The position numbers were made by a program, and so were the translations under genes. Source: a virus. Taken from it: a stretch of DNA of 64,000 nucleotides. The notes beneath the pieces are model-generated. The model searched no databases and had not been told where the DNA came from. It worked only from the letters and a program-made list of their open reading frames with translations. Position 1 is the first letter of the stretch. Each line of letters starts with the position of its first letter. The stretch covers positions 26,526-90,525 of the IMG/VR virus record IMGVR_UViG_3300047318_000482. The stretch is one strand, 5' to 3'. Positions 17,501 to 26,315 of the stretch are shown one piece after another.

Positions 17501-19809
17501 GTGGCGAGGAAGCCGAGCCCGATGGTGGCTGCGGTGATGGCCAGGCCCCAGGGGCCGCCGAGGGCGCCCATGAGGCCGGATCCGAGTCCGCGGGCGGCGG
17601 TCCCGGCTGCGGCGCCGATTCCGCGGAGGGTTCCGGTGAAGCCGGTGCCTGTGGTGGAGGCGGTGCGGAACGCGGCACCCATCCGGCCGATGATCGGGAC
17701 TCGGGTCTGGAGAACGGCGAACGCTGCGCCGTACCGGGTCAGGGATACGCCGGCCGCGGCGGCCAGTGACCGCTGTACGGCCATCTGCCCGCTCAACGAT
17801 CGGAAGGCGCCGGTGACGCTGCCGCGGACGGTGGTGGCGAGCGATGTCAGACGCGGCTGGATCCGGGAGGTCAGCATCGCGGCGAGGACGAACTGCTGGA
17901 TCGGGCCGGGCAGCGCCCCGAACGCGGAGACGAGTGTGCCGACGAGGTGGCCGATCGGGCCGAGGACGACGGAGACCGCGGATACGGCGGTCATGAGGAG
18001 GTCGAGGGCTCCGACGACGATGTCCAGGCTGGAGGCCACGGTGCTGCCCTCGCCGGTGAGGTCGCCGAAGGCGGACACGACGGGCTGGACGCCGTCGGCC
18101 AGGTTGCCGAGGACGTCCATGACCATCTGACCGGCGTTGATGATGAGGTGGAAGAAGTCGGCGATGCCTTCGCTTGCGAGGTCCTTGAACGGTTCGGCCA
18201 GGCCCTTGGCTTCGGACTTGATGCCGGCGAACTCGGCGCGGGCGGCGGAGAGCAGGTCCGGTCCGAAGACCGAGCCCAAGTCGTTCATGTGCTGGAAGAA
18301 CTGTTCGATCTTCGGGGTGGCGGTGGAGAGGCCCTTGGTGATGCCGCGGGTCAGGAACTCCAGGCCGGGCGCCATGCCCTGGTAGATCGTCAGGCCGGTC
18401 TGTTTGGCCTGGGTCTTGAGCTGGAGCATGGCGCCGGCGAGGCCCTTGCCCTTGGCGGCGGCGATCTCGGCGGCGGCGCCGGTGTCGGACACGGCGGCCA
18501 TGAGGTTGTCGAAGGAGTCGACGCCCTGGTGGGCGAGGGCGATGGCGCCGGACATGGCGGGCTTGCCCATGGACTGCTTGACGGCGGCCGCGAAGTCCTT
18601 CTGCGACATCTTGTGCTGGGCTTTGGACAGGCCGTCGATGACGTAGCGCAGGCCCTTGAAGCCGCCCTGGGCGTCCCACGCTTCGATGCCCATGGCCTTC
18701 AGGCCCTTGATCATCTGGGGGGTGGGGGCGGCCAGGTTGGCCATCATGCCGCGCAACGTCGTACCGGCGGTCTGGCCGAGGATGCCCGCCTTGCCGAGCA
18801 TGCCGACCGCGGCGGCGGTCTCGCGCATGCTGACGCCGAGCCCGTGGGCGACCGGACCCGCATATTTCATTGCGAAATAAATGTCAATAATGTCACCACT
18901 TGCGGCATTTGCCGTAGCGGCGAGGGTGTCGGCGGCCTGTCCTGCCTGGTCGGCGCCCATCCCGAACTGGTCCATCATGTCGCCGAGATACTTCGCGCTG
19001 TCGGCCGCGTTCACCTGGGCTGCGGAGGCGAGGATCAGGCTGGCCCGGGTGGAGGAGATGGCCTGGTCGGTACGGAAGCCGGCCTTGGCGAGCTCCACCA
19101 TGGCCTCGGCGGCATCCGCTGCGGTGGCGCCAGGGATGGAGAGGTCGTTGCCGAGCTGGTTCGCGGTCGCCGACGCGCGCTTCATCTGCATGGCGGTCGC
19201 GCCGGTCGTCGCCCCGAACGCGTTCATCGACTGCTGGAGCTCGCCGCCCATCTTCAGCAGCTCGGCGCCGCCGATGACGAACGCCCCGCCGGTAAGGAGG
19301 GTGGCCAGGGACATGAGCTGGCGCCGGGCGCGCCCGGACTCGTCGCCGATGCGGCGCAGGCCGCGGACGCTTCCGCCGCCGACCCGGGTCAGGCGGGAGT
19401 CGGCGCGGCGGGCCGCGTCGGCCAGGCGCAGCAGGTCCCGGACGGCGGTGTTGATCTGCCCGGACATGCTGGCGAGTTGCCGGGCGGTGGTGCGGGAGTG
19501 GTCGCCGAGGGTGTTGACGTGCCGCTGGGCGCGCTGCGCCGCGTCCCCGTAGCGGCCGAGATGGCGGGCCGCGGTCTGGGCGCCTGCTCCCAGCCGGGTC
19601 AGGTTGCGGCCTGCCGTACGGGCTTCGCGGCCCAGGGTCCGCAGGTGCCGGGTGGCCGACTCGGACGCCTGCCCGAGCTCCTTGACCTCGGTCTTGGCGG
19701 TACGGGCGGCGTTTGCGAGGGTCCGGGCGTGCTTCGCCGAGGACTTCAGGGACTGGGCGAGGTCGTTGCCGTGCCCGCGGATGTCCACGGACAGGTTCCA
19801 GTTGGCCAC
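14539..19809 (-). CDS. Tape measure protein
   Basis: 1756 aa, Ala-rich helical, TP901-type core (MKYAGPVA...AGTTLR); downstream of tail chaperones. Confidence 0.9.
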   Translation of the reverse strand: MANWNLSVDIRGHGNDLAQSLKSSAKHARTLANAARTAKTEVKELGQASESATRHLRTLGREARTAGRNLTRLGAGAQTAARHLGRYGDAAQRAQRHVNTLGDHSRTTARQLASMSGQINTAVRDLLRLADAARRADSRLTRVGGGSVRGLRRIGDESGRARRQLMSLATLLTGGAFVIGGAELLKMGGELQQSMNAFGATTGATAMQMKRASATANQLGNDLSIPGATAADAAEAMVELAKAGFRTDQAISSTRASLILASAAQVNAADSAKYLGDMMDQFGMGADQAGQAADTLAATANAASGDIIDIYFAMKYAGPVAHGLGVSMRETAAAVGMLGKAGILGQTAGTTLRGMMANLAAPTPQMIKGLKAMGIEAWDAQGGFKGLRYVIDGLSKAQHKMSQKDFAAAVKQSMGKPAMSGAIALAHQGVDSFDNLMAAVSDTGAAAEIAAAKGKGLAGAMLQLKTQAKQTGLTIYQGMAPGLEFLTRGITKGLSTATPKIEQFFQHMNDLGSVFGPDLLSAARAEFAGIKSEAKGLAEPFKDLASEGIADFFHLIINAGQMVMDVLGNLADGVQPVVSAFGDLTGEGSTVASSLDIVVGALDLLMTAVSAVSVVLGPIGHLVGTLVSAFGALPGPIQQFVLAAMLTSRIQPRLTSLATTVRGSVTGAFRSLSGQMAVQRSLAAAAGVSLTRYGAAFAVLQTRVPIIGRMGAAFRTASTTGTGFTGTLRGIGAAAGTAARGLGSGLMGALGGPWGLAITAATIGLGFLATKQQQAAQAAAEHQQQISSLSQALRDSNGAVDDSVRSIATENLMQQKIKTTLDGQKRLVDLARTAKVPMSELVDAYTNQGTSLGKLQKHLEDVAAANHDWVLDPESGVGGDALNKQGQAADDLRKGLSGLSGDFKKAAADARDYNEGVKGASDGVSAYDRLKGAVGALADKTADADSRTRALREALDLLSGGSVSLQAAQARVNEALTNANESLANGVDHADGYGKALLKQNGQLDTASKNGQNLFNTLNTVADGSANAAVAAYEFADSQGKGLKESMAAASGEMEKSRKAAIDLMGSYGLTAEQAATVADSMGLIPGQVSILLSAHGVDSTLAELMAVQAEFKAVPNAKTIKVDALGEDAKRELEDLGYKIELIPGTREYKITAPTAAAREQLNLLIGKMAETPDDKDITVDARTAAAIVELEGVKKKVASTKGKTITVNAPTAQARAQLEALGFKIKSTKGKKVVVSVPTGSQQANVAALARAIASLRDRAITITTNKVTKFSTVGAPGSGGIAVAKRDYADGGVVDYYARGGIQRGGVRRFAGGSENHVAQIAPGGSWRVWGEPETQGEGYVPFAPSKRPRSRAITEEIVRRLGGDANSIEWNADGSVTDWRYDPTTGSLYSASDAGQSGHKTKKVKTKGKGKWTTKEVEYFDITAVEKKLRSAAKATTAWNKDLEAVARRAGGDVADALAAMGEDGMKLAHKMATGSTKYINDMSKALRDLQKTAKATLEDYTRQLGKANTLNKTFSDNLAKLAAEGFGDLASQLAAENDQAAQDLAAAAVKDKSKASKANAAAKTANNALTADEVSELVSIIAAIKTSKTGIHDVAATTALGEDEIIAVANKAKGQIGKSLGTRATQFLADLGRANKHLSYADGGIRAGIYATQGGVVRFAEPETHGEGYVPLSPSKRRTALPVLADIAHRFGLGITDVAASRAVVIIRQGGDTHVNVTAVRTGATASDIGAQVGRSVRRARRGGVAARAAG

Positions 19810-19851
19810 CGGTACGCTCCTCCCTCGCTGCTCGACTCGTGCGGTGTGCGG

Positions 19852-20232
19852 TTACTGGGCGCCGAGTTCGGCGGCCAGTTGCTGCGCGGCGTGGATGTAC
19901 GCCGGCAGCAGCAAGACCTTCAGGCCGGCCCCGGCCTGCCCCTCGGGGATCTCCTTCTGCTTCATGGCGAGCTCCTCGCAGCCGAAGCAGTTGTGCGTGA
20001 TCGCGACGTAGGCGTCCACGTATTCGCCCTGCTCGTCGACCCACTCCGACTCGCGGGTGCCGCACTGCGGGCAGGTCCCGCGCAGGTAGTCGGAGTAGGC
20101 GAGGGCCTTGGCCCGGTCGCCGGCCGACCAGGTGCCGTCGCCAAGGCCCCGGAAAAGCGAGTACGGGATGCGGTACTCGTGGCACAGGGCCATCTCGGCG
20201 CGGAACCGTGGGTCATCGGTCAGCCTTTTCCC
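19852..20232 (-). CDS. Tail assembly chaperone, -1 frameshift extension (gpGT-like)
   Basis: The -1 frame from the slippery site reads KRLTDDPRFRAEMALCHEY... Confidence 0.75.
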   Translation of the reverse strand, partial: GKRLTDDPRFRAEMALCHEYRIPYSLFRGLGDGTWSAGDRAKALAYSDYLRGTCPQCGTRESEWVDEQGEYVDAYVAITHNCFGCEELAMKQKEIPEGQAGAGLKVLLLPAYIHAAQQLAAELGAQ

Positions 20233-20786
20233 AGGTCGGCCCGGGTGGTGTGCTGCACCCCGAGGGCGGCGTTGAACATGGCGTTCGCCTCGGCGAGGGA
20301 CCAGGAGTCCAGGAGTTCACGCGCCTCGGCTTCGGTCATGCCGTCCACGGACGATGCGGCGATCAGCGCGGCCGGGTAGCCCTCGCCCCACTCCTTGCCC
20401 TCTTCGGTCTCCGCCTCGGACGCCGGGTGCGCCTTGAACAGGACTTCGAAGGCTGGGCGGGGCAGCGCGCGGAACCGGATGGCGATAGACGTCTCGTCGT
20501 AGGCGGCCTTGGCCGCGTCTCGCTCTGCGGTTGCGGTGGCCAGGTCGGCGGCTGCCTCGGCGTCCTCGGGGTGGGCCTTGGCGTACGCCTCGGCCATGTC
20601 GAAGGCCCGGCTGGCCCGGTTGTGGCGGTCGCGGACGGCCTGGTCGTCGCAGATGACGAACGTCGTCTCGGCGAGTGCCCGGTTGCGGAGCCGGTTCATC
20701 TTGTCGGACCAGTGCGCGTCGGCGGCCACAGCCTGCGCGGGCGGAGGCTGGGGGGTGGTGGTCTGGCGGGTCCGGGTGGTGGTCAT
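20220..20786 (-). CDS. Tail assembly chaperone (gpG-like)
   Basis: Between tail tube and TMP; ends in the slippery sequence. Confidence 0.8.
   Translation of the reverse strand: MTTTRTRQTTTPQPPPAQAVAADAHWSDKMNRLRNRALAETTFVICDDQAVRDRHNRASRAFDMAEAYAKAHPEDAEAAADLATATAERDAAKAAYDETSIAIRFRALPRPAFEVLFKAHPASEAETEEGKEWGEGYPAALIAASSVDGMTEAEARELLDSWSLAEANAMFNAALGVQHTTRADLGKG
20226..20232 (-). other. Programmed -1 ribosomal frameshift site GGGAAAA
   Basis: CTG GGA AAA GGC TGA at the end of the chaperone; -1 frame is open into 19852..20193. Confidence 0.8.
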
Positions 20787-20805
20787 GACGGGTGGGTCCT
20801 CCGGT

Positions 20806-20850
20806 TCGGGAAGGGGACCCGGCCGGGCGCCACAGGCGCCCCTTCCCGAA
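20806..20850. terminator. Hairpin downstream of the major tail gene
   Basis: TTCGGGAAGGGG / CCCCTTCCCGAA inverted repeat. Confidence 0.5.
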
Positions 20851-20898
20851 CGTCGGGGCCCGGCCGGGCGTAGAGGGGGTGTTGCGGTCCGGCTGGGG

Positions 20899-21702
20899 TC
20901 AGCCGCCCGGCGTGGTCGTGGTCACCGTGACGGCGGGGCTGGTGCCGCCGGTCAGGGTCGCGGTCGCGGTCATCTGCGGGACGTCGGCGCCGTCGTAGGC
21001 TCCGCCGAACGTGACCGTGATCGGGGTCCCCGGGTGCGGGCCGCCCGCGCAGACGACGTCGCCGGACGCGAGGTTCGACAGCGCCTCGAGCGCGGACTGC
21101 ACCGCGGCCGCGGCAGCGTTGTACGGGATGGCCGAAGTGGTCTGCCCGGACCAGGTGAGCGTGTACGTACCGCCGGTGGGGGTGCCGGTGATGGTGATGG
21201 TCTGGACTTCGTCCGTGCCGGCCGCGGGCACCGGTGCGCCCTGGAGCGGGCGGGAGGTGATGGAGCAGGTGGCCATGAACTTCGCGGCCTCATTGTCGGC
21301 GGTGTACTGCGGCGACTGGGAGGCGACCCGGATCGGAAAGACGTCCATCGAGTTGTTCGCGGGGACGTCGCCCTTACGCATGATCACGATGTGGGCGTTG
21401 GTGCCCTTCGCGAACAGCTGCTCCAGGTCGGCGTCTTCCTCGTCCTCGTAGAACGTGAAGCTGCTGGAGTCGGCCTTGTCGCTGCCGGGGATGGTGGAGT
21501 CGTAGGTGTCCGCCATGTCCGGCGTGTCGATCTCCTGGTTGGCGACCGTCCACCCGTCCATCGCGGCGATGTACGCGGAGAACTCGGTGCCGGCAGAGAT
21601 CTCGCTGCGCGTGGGCAGCATGTCGTCGGCGACGACGTTCGGCACGAAGAAAAACTTCGACGTGCCGCGCCTCATGTATTTCTTCGGCTTCGGAAGCAGC
21701 AT
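20899..21702 (-). CDS. Major tail (tube) protein with C-terminal accessory domain
   Basis: LPTRSEISAG...IDTPD...IPG motif; synteny. Confidence 0.85.
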   Translation of the reverse strand: MLLPKPKKYMRRGTSKFFFVPNVVADDMLPTRSEISAGTEFSAYIAAMDGWTVANQEIDTPDMADTYDSTIPGSDKADSSSFTFYEDEEDADLEQLFAKGTNAHIVIMRKGDVPANNSMDVFPIRVASQSPQYTADNEAAKFMATCSITSRPLQGAPVPAAGTDEVQTITITGTPTGGTYTLTWSGQTTSAIPYNAAAAAVQSALEALSNLASGDVVCAGGPHPGTPITVTFGGAYDGADVPQMTATATLTGGTSPAVTVTTTTPGG

Positions 21703-21842
21703 TTCGTGGGCCCCTTGGTCCCGGGGCCTTCGCGGTCGCTGGGACCCGGCCCCTTACACGGTGTGTATGGGTGGCGGCCACCTGTGGTGGTGGCGTCCGC
21801 GTGGGGTCCCGCCGCGGTGCGGTTGTACGTGCCTGAATCGGG

Positions 21843-22292
21843 TCAGGCGCTGGTCAGGTCGAACCTGTACCGGCTTGCACTGCTCATGATTCCATCGGCG
21901 GCGTCGGGTGTTCCCCCCGCTTCCGCGTCGGGAGCGCGGGCGATGACGCGGGCGTCGGGCACGGTCAGGTCGTGGAGCCAGCGCCGGGTGCCCGGGTCGC
22001 GGCCGATGAGGACTTCGCGGGCCTTGTCGCCGAGCCACTCCATCTGGTCCTGGGTGCCGTAGGAGTCGGGGTCGGTCAGGTCGCGGGCGGAGATGCAGTC
22101 GACCTGGTAGACGATGCTGCAGTCCTCGTGCAGATCGGAGAACGGGGCTCCGGAGGTCTGCCGGTCGATGAAGTGCAGGATGTAGTACTCGGTCGGGTCG
22201 CCGTCCGGGACCTTCCCCTCTCCCACCGGCTTTCCCGATGCCTGAGCCAGGAGCTCCTTGATGGCGTTGGTGACCAGCCTGGTTTTGATCAT
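21843..22292 (-). CDS. Tail terminator
   Basis: Position upstream of the tail tube; YQVDC motif; size. Confidence 0.6.
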   Translation of the reverse strand: MIKTRLVTNAIKELLAQASGKPVGEGKVPDGDPTEYYILHFIDRQTSGAPFSDLHEDCSIVYQVDCISARDLTDPDSYGTQDQMEWLGDKAREVLIGRDPGTRRWLHDLTVPDARVIARAPDAEAGGTPDAADGIMSSASRYRFDLTSA

Positions 22293-22465
22293 GCTGGTTC
22301 CTCGTGCTTCTCCCGGCCGTCCAGCGAGTGGTGGGTGATGACCCAGCCGACGGATCCGTCGTCGCACTTCACCGGCCGCATGCCGGGCCCGCAGACGCAG
22401 TCGTCGGACTCCGTGTCGTGCTCGATCAGATCGTTGACCGGGTAGGCGTGGACGCGGTTGCTCAC
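22289..22465 (-). CDS. Small His/Cys-rich hypothetical protein
   Basis: VSNRVHAYPVNDLIEH...CVCGP...HHSLDGRE; overlaps both neighbours by 4 nt. Confidence 0.6.
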   Translation of the reverse strand: MSNRVHAYPVNDLIEHDTESDDCVCGPGMRPVKCDDGSVGWVITHHSLDGREKHEEPA

Positions 22466-22848
22466 AGCAGGACCTCCGCGAGGGCGAGCCGCATCGACGC
22501 CATCAGTGTCGCCTCGATGAACGGGAGCGCCGGCTGGACGTGCGGGAACGGCGGCTGGTTGTAGGAGCGGCCGATACTGTCCGTGCCGGTGAACCCCCAC
22601 TCCAGGCGCCGCCCCTGCGGCCGGTCGGTGCCCAGAGTGCAGATCGCGCCGTACGGCAGGCGCCGGGTCTCGGTCCGCCAGGAGCCGCGGTAGTCACCGG
22701 TGATGACGTTCGGGCCGGGCCGGCCGGACGCGTTTCCGGCGATGCGGGCCTTGCCGAGGGTGCCGGTGTGCTCGACACCGTGCGCGATGGCCGGGCCGAT
22801 CTTCTTCGCCGCCAGTTCCAGCTTCTCGGCGAGCTCGTCCGGGGTCAC
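22462..22848 (-). CDS. HK97 gp10-like tail completion protein
   Basis: PNVITGDYRGSW...LEWG...QPPFPHVQPA. Confidence 0.75.
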   Translation of the reverse strand: MTPDELAEKLELAAKKIGPAIAHGVEHTGTLGKARIAGNASGRPGPNVITGDYRGSWRTETRRLPYGAICTLGTDRPQGRRLEWGFTGTDSIGRSYNQPPFPHVQPALPFIEATLMASMRLALAEVLL

Positions 22849-23294
22849 GACGTGGCTCCCGGTGCCTGGTTCTGATCGAGGGGGGTGATCCGTACGACTT
22901 CGGTGGTCGCGGCCCGGGAGGGGTCCTGGCACACCCAGGACCGGCCGATCAGCGCGGTGTTGGACGGGTCGTGGACCTGGACGACGGTGACGATGGCATC
23001 CTTCGGCACGATCGGCGCGGTCAGCGGAGTCATCATCCGGTAGCGGGACTTCGTCTCCTGCACCCACGGCTGCAGGACGGCCGGGGTGGCGGAGATCTCC
23101 GACTGGGCGGTGCCGCCCTGCACGGCGCCCGGCCCCTCGTAGAGGACCACACGCTCCGGCCGGGTGAGCTTGCCGGTGGTCTCGTCGAGGACGGGCTTGC
23201 CGGTGGCGGGCAGTTCGACCCGCACCACGTCAAGGAGAAGGTTCTTCTCCACCCATCCGCGTACGCCGGCGAGCGCCGCATCCAGTCCGGGCAT
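22845..23294 (-). CDS. Head-to-tail stopper (DUF6093-like)
   Basis: D..TG......VLYEG..VQ motif; synteny. Confidence 0.65.
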   Translation of the reverse strand: MPGLDAALAGVRGWVEKNLLLDVVRVELPATGKPVLDETTGKLTRPERVVLYEGPGAVQGGTAQSEISATPAVLQPWVQETKSRYRMMTPLTAPIVPKDAIVTVVQVHDPSNTALIGRSWVCQDPSRAATTEVVRITPLDQNQAPGATS

Positions 23295-23674
23295 CAGTCC
23301 CTCCCCTGCGCCCACTCGGCAAGCTGCCGAAGGATTGCTTCGGTGACGCCCGTCTTCCCGTCGTCCAGGTCGGTGCGGTCCAGCGCGGCCCGCTCCACGG
23401 CGGCCGGGTCGAGACCGAGGACGAAGTCGGCGATGGCTTTCCCGACGTCCTGCTGGCTGGCGACGGCGACCCGGGCCAGGCCCTCGAAGGCGACGCTGTC
23501 GGCCTGCCGGGTGTGCAGGATCAGCATGGGCAGCGCGTCCGCGATGGAGTGCTCGAGCTGGTAGCCGACGACCTGCCCGGCCGGCAGGGCAGTGCCGTCG
23601 AGGCGGATGGTGGCGCTGCCGGGCTGCGCGTCGATCCGGACGCCGTGCGCGGTGGGCTCGGCTTCTGTGGTCAT
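23294..23674 (-). CDS. Hypothetical virion-region protein
   Basis: Coupled ORF MTTEAEPTAH... Confidence 0.55.
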   Translation of the reverse strand: MTTEAEPTAHGVRIDAQPGSATIRLDGTALPAGQVVGYQLEHSIADALPMLILHTRQADSVAFEGLARVAVASQQDVGKAIADFVLGLDPAAVERAALDRTDLDDGKTGVTEAILRQLAEWAQGRD

Positions 23675-24516
23675 GCGGGGTCTCCTGAGACGAGTCCGCG
23701 GCGGCCGTTGAGGTCGGGTCGGGGCACCCATTCCCTTATGCACCCATGGTGAGCGGCAGGGAACTCGGTGGCGTCGTCTGCGGAGCGGATCGTGCCGTCG
23801 GCGTGGTCAGTGTCCGGATGATCACGAAATCCACACTCGGGCCCGTCCACGCATTCGAACCAGACTGCGTCCAACTCCTGCCGGCCGGTGTTGATGGCAC
23901 CGTGGTTGGCGGTGACGACGGCCTGCCAGGTCAGAGCGGAGTGGGCCCACGACTGGACGGGATGCTTGGAGTTGTTGGAGTAGACGATCGTCGACAGGGG
24001 GTGGTCGGCGACGAGTTGGGCGGAGTCGATGCCGGAGTGGTTGCGGCGCAGGGTGACCTCGCGGGTGGCTGCCTGTGCGGCGCGGGCGAAGGCTTGGGCG
24101 CGGCGGACGGTCTCCTGGATGCGCTGGATCAGGTCGACGTAGAAGGTGCCGGTCAGTCCGGTGAGCGCGGCCTGGTGGTCGGCGGTCCACTGGAAGAGGG
24201 TGATGTCCCGGCCGGCTTTGCGCAGGGCGCGCAGGGCGCCGTCGCGGTAGGCGATGGGCAGGTCGGTGGCGGCCCATCGGGTGGCGAGCGCGCGGGCAAG
24301 GCGGTCGAACTCGCCGACCTCGTCGTTGAAGCCGCTGATGATGCTGCGGATGCGGGTGGTGGCGCCGAGGGTGGGCTGGAGGCGTTCCAGGACGCGCAGC
24401 AGGTTGTCCTGGGCCGTGGTCAGGCGCTGCCAGCGTCGTACGAGTTGGGCGGTCATCAGGGCGATGAGGAGGGTCAGTTCGGTGCGGTCGTCGGTCTCCT
24501 GCACCGGGGTGGTCAT
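23671..24516 (-). CDS. Minor capsid (MuF-like) protein
   Basis: C-terminal DG.EC...ADG......P.AH.GC.R motif. Confidence 0.65.
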   Translation of the reverse strand: MTTPVQETDDRTELTLLIALMTAQLVRRWQRLTTAQDNLLRVLERLQPTLGATTRIRSIISGFNDEVGEFDRLARALATRWAATDLPIAYRDGALRALRKAGRDITLFQWTADHQAALTGLTGTFYVDLIQRIQETVRRAQAFARAAQAATREVTLRRNHSGIDSAQLVADHPLSTIVYSNNSKHPVQSWAHSALTWQAVVTANHGAINTGRQELDAVWFECVDGPECGFRDHPDTDHADGTIRSADDATEFPAAHHGCIREWVPRPDLNGRRGLVSGDPA

Positions 24517-24851
24517 CGGCGGGGCCGTTCACGCAGGAAGAACACGCCGAGGGTGTCGCTGTCGGCGCTGTCAGCGGGGTTGGCCGGATCGTCGGGTGCG
24601 GGGGGCTGGCCGCTCTCGAGGTAGGTGATCTGGCGTTCGTAGGCCTTGATGTTCTCGGTGTAGGAGACGCCGACGACGGAGGTGACGGTGACGGTGGCCG
24701 GCTGGGAGCGCAGGGCGGACAGGCGCTCGCGGACGACTTCGAGGGCGACGGCGCGGCCGGTGCGAAGGCGGGTGTAGCGGGTGATGAGGTCGGCGAGGTC
24801 GGTGTCGGTGCCGAGTTCGGCGAACAGCCAGGCGCGTACGGCGGCATCCAT
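24513..24851 (-). CDS. Head-to-tail adaptor
   Basis: MDAAVRAWL...VALEV..ERL; helical; synteny. Confidence 0.55.
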   Translation of the reverse strand: MDAAVRAWLFAELGTDTDLADLITRYTRLRTGRAVALEVVRERLSALRSQPATVTVTSVVGVSYTENIKAYERQITYLESGQPPAPDDPANPADSADSDTLGVFFLRERPRR

Positions 24852-24945
24852 GGCAGCTACCTCCAGGCGGATGGGTGGGGTGGGAAGGGTGCGGGTGCGG
24901 GCCCGCCGGTGGCGCCCCCACCACGGGGGCGGGCCCGCACGCGCT

Positions 24946-25245
24946 TCAGTCGCCGCTGGTGCCCTCGTCAGCGGCGGCCCGGCCCCGAGACCGGCTGGAC
25001 GCCGCGGTCTTCTTCGCGGCCGTCTTCTTGGCCGCAGATGCGGCCGGCTTGGTGTCGCTCTTGTCGTCCCCGTCGTAGGCGCCGTCGGTCTTGGCGTCGG
25101 TGTCGGGGAGTTCACCGTCCTCCCAGGCGTCCGGGTTGGTGACCAGGGCCGCAAGGCGCGGCTCGGGCTCCTCTCCGGGCAGCAGGAGGACGGTGCGGTG
25201 GCGTTCGGGATCCCTTACGTGCACGGCCTTGCGGAGCTTGGCCAT
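24946..25245 (-). CDS. Small capsid-associated hypothetical protein
   Basis: LLPGEEP...VTNPDAW and Lys/Ala tail, directly after the major capsid gene. Confidence 0.6.
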   Translation of the reverse strand: MAKLRKAVHVRDPERHRTVLLLPGEEPEPRLAALVTNPDAWEDGELPDTDAKTDGAYDGDDKSDTKPAASAAKKTAAKKTAASSRSRGRAAADEGTSGD

Positions 25246-25250
25246 GGCGA

Positions 25251-26300
25251 TCAGGCCCCGAGGACGGTCGCCGAGATGTGGATGTCCGGTACGTAGAGCA
25301 CCGGCATGCCGATCGCGGCGCCGCGGGTGTAGATCTGGACGGGGTTGTCGTCGACGTGGGTGACGACGACGATTCCGGGGGCCTCTTCGCGGGTGAGGGC
25401 CGGGTTGGTGCCGGAGGTGAACTGGGCTGCCTCGCGGGTGACTCCGAACTGGGTCTGCGCCCATTCGGAGGCGGGAACGTCCGGGATCATGATCCACTTG
25501 TTGTCGGGGATGACCCGCTGGTAGACGTCGTCGTTCCAGACTTGGACGTCGTAGATGACGATCGGCGGGAGGCCGTAGCGGGCGCGGACGGCGTCGACCT
25601 CGAGCGGGGACAGCGTGGTGCCCGGGTTGTTCGCGGCGTTCTGCCCGTAGAACGCGATCTGGTACTCCGCGTTCGCCGCGAGCATCGAGCGGGCGCGGCG
25701 GGAGGTGACGACCTCGCGCGGCGCGGGGGCGCCGGAGTCGATGAGGTAGTCGATCCAGGCCCGCTCGTCCGACAGGGGGGTGGCGGTGGGCTGGTCCCAC
25801 AGAACGGCCGCGGTCGGCATGTTCAGGGCGGGGACGTTCCAGTTGACGTCCAGGCCCAGGCCCGGCAGGGTCACGCTGCCGGTGGCCAGGAGCTGGCCGG
25901 CGGCGAGTTCCTGCGCGGTCTGGATGGACTCCACGTGCCGCTCGACGTCCGAGTACAGGAGGTCGATGTAGGCCTGGGTGTCGGCGCCGCGGCCGACGTC
26001 GAGGAGGATCTGGTCCATTTCGGAGACGGCGAGGGTCTGGCCGAGGGCGGGCAGCATGCCCTCGTTGACGACGCGCTCGGCCTGGCGCTTGGCCATGGCG
26101 GTCGGCGCGTCGTAGGCCCGGAACTTGGCGGCGTTGACGCGGCGCTTCGCGGACGTGGTGCGGAACTTGACGCCCTGGATCTGCGTCTCGGGCAGGACCT
26201 CGCGGGTCAGGCGGTAGTTCGCCGGGGTGTCCATCTGCCGGGCGAAGACCGTCAGGTCGGCGGCGTTGGTGTCGCGCAGAAGGAGCTCAAGGGCTTCCAT
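25251..26300 (-). CDS. Major capsid protein (lambda gpE-like family)
   Basis: 349 aa; AKFRAYDAP...E..AGQ.L.TG...MPVL motifs. Confidence 0.85.
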   Translation of the reverse strand: MEALELLLRDTNAADLTVFARQMDTPANYRLTREVLPETQIQGVKFRTTSAKRRVNAAKFRAYDAPTAMAKRQAERVVNEGMLPALGQTLAVSEMDQILLDVGRGADTQAYIDLLYSDVERHVESIQTAQELAAGQLLATGSVTLPGLGLDVNWNVPALNMPTAAVLWDQPTATPLSDERAWIDYLIDSGAPAPREVVTSRRARSMLAANAEYQIAFYGQNAANNPGTTLSPLEVDAVRARYGLPPIVIYDVQVWNDDVYQRVIPDNKWIMIPDVPASEWAQTQFGVTREAAQFTSGTNPALTREEAPGIVVVTHVDDNPVQIYTRGAAIGMPVLYVPDIHISATVLGA

Positions 26301-26315
26301 CGTCTGCTCCTCCTA

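Noticed and set aside
14413-20379. Long plus-strand ORFs opposite the TMP, and similar shadow ORFs elsewhere
   Set aside because: Expected antisense artefacts of high-GC codon bias; no motifs or RBS
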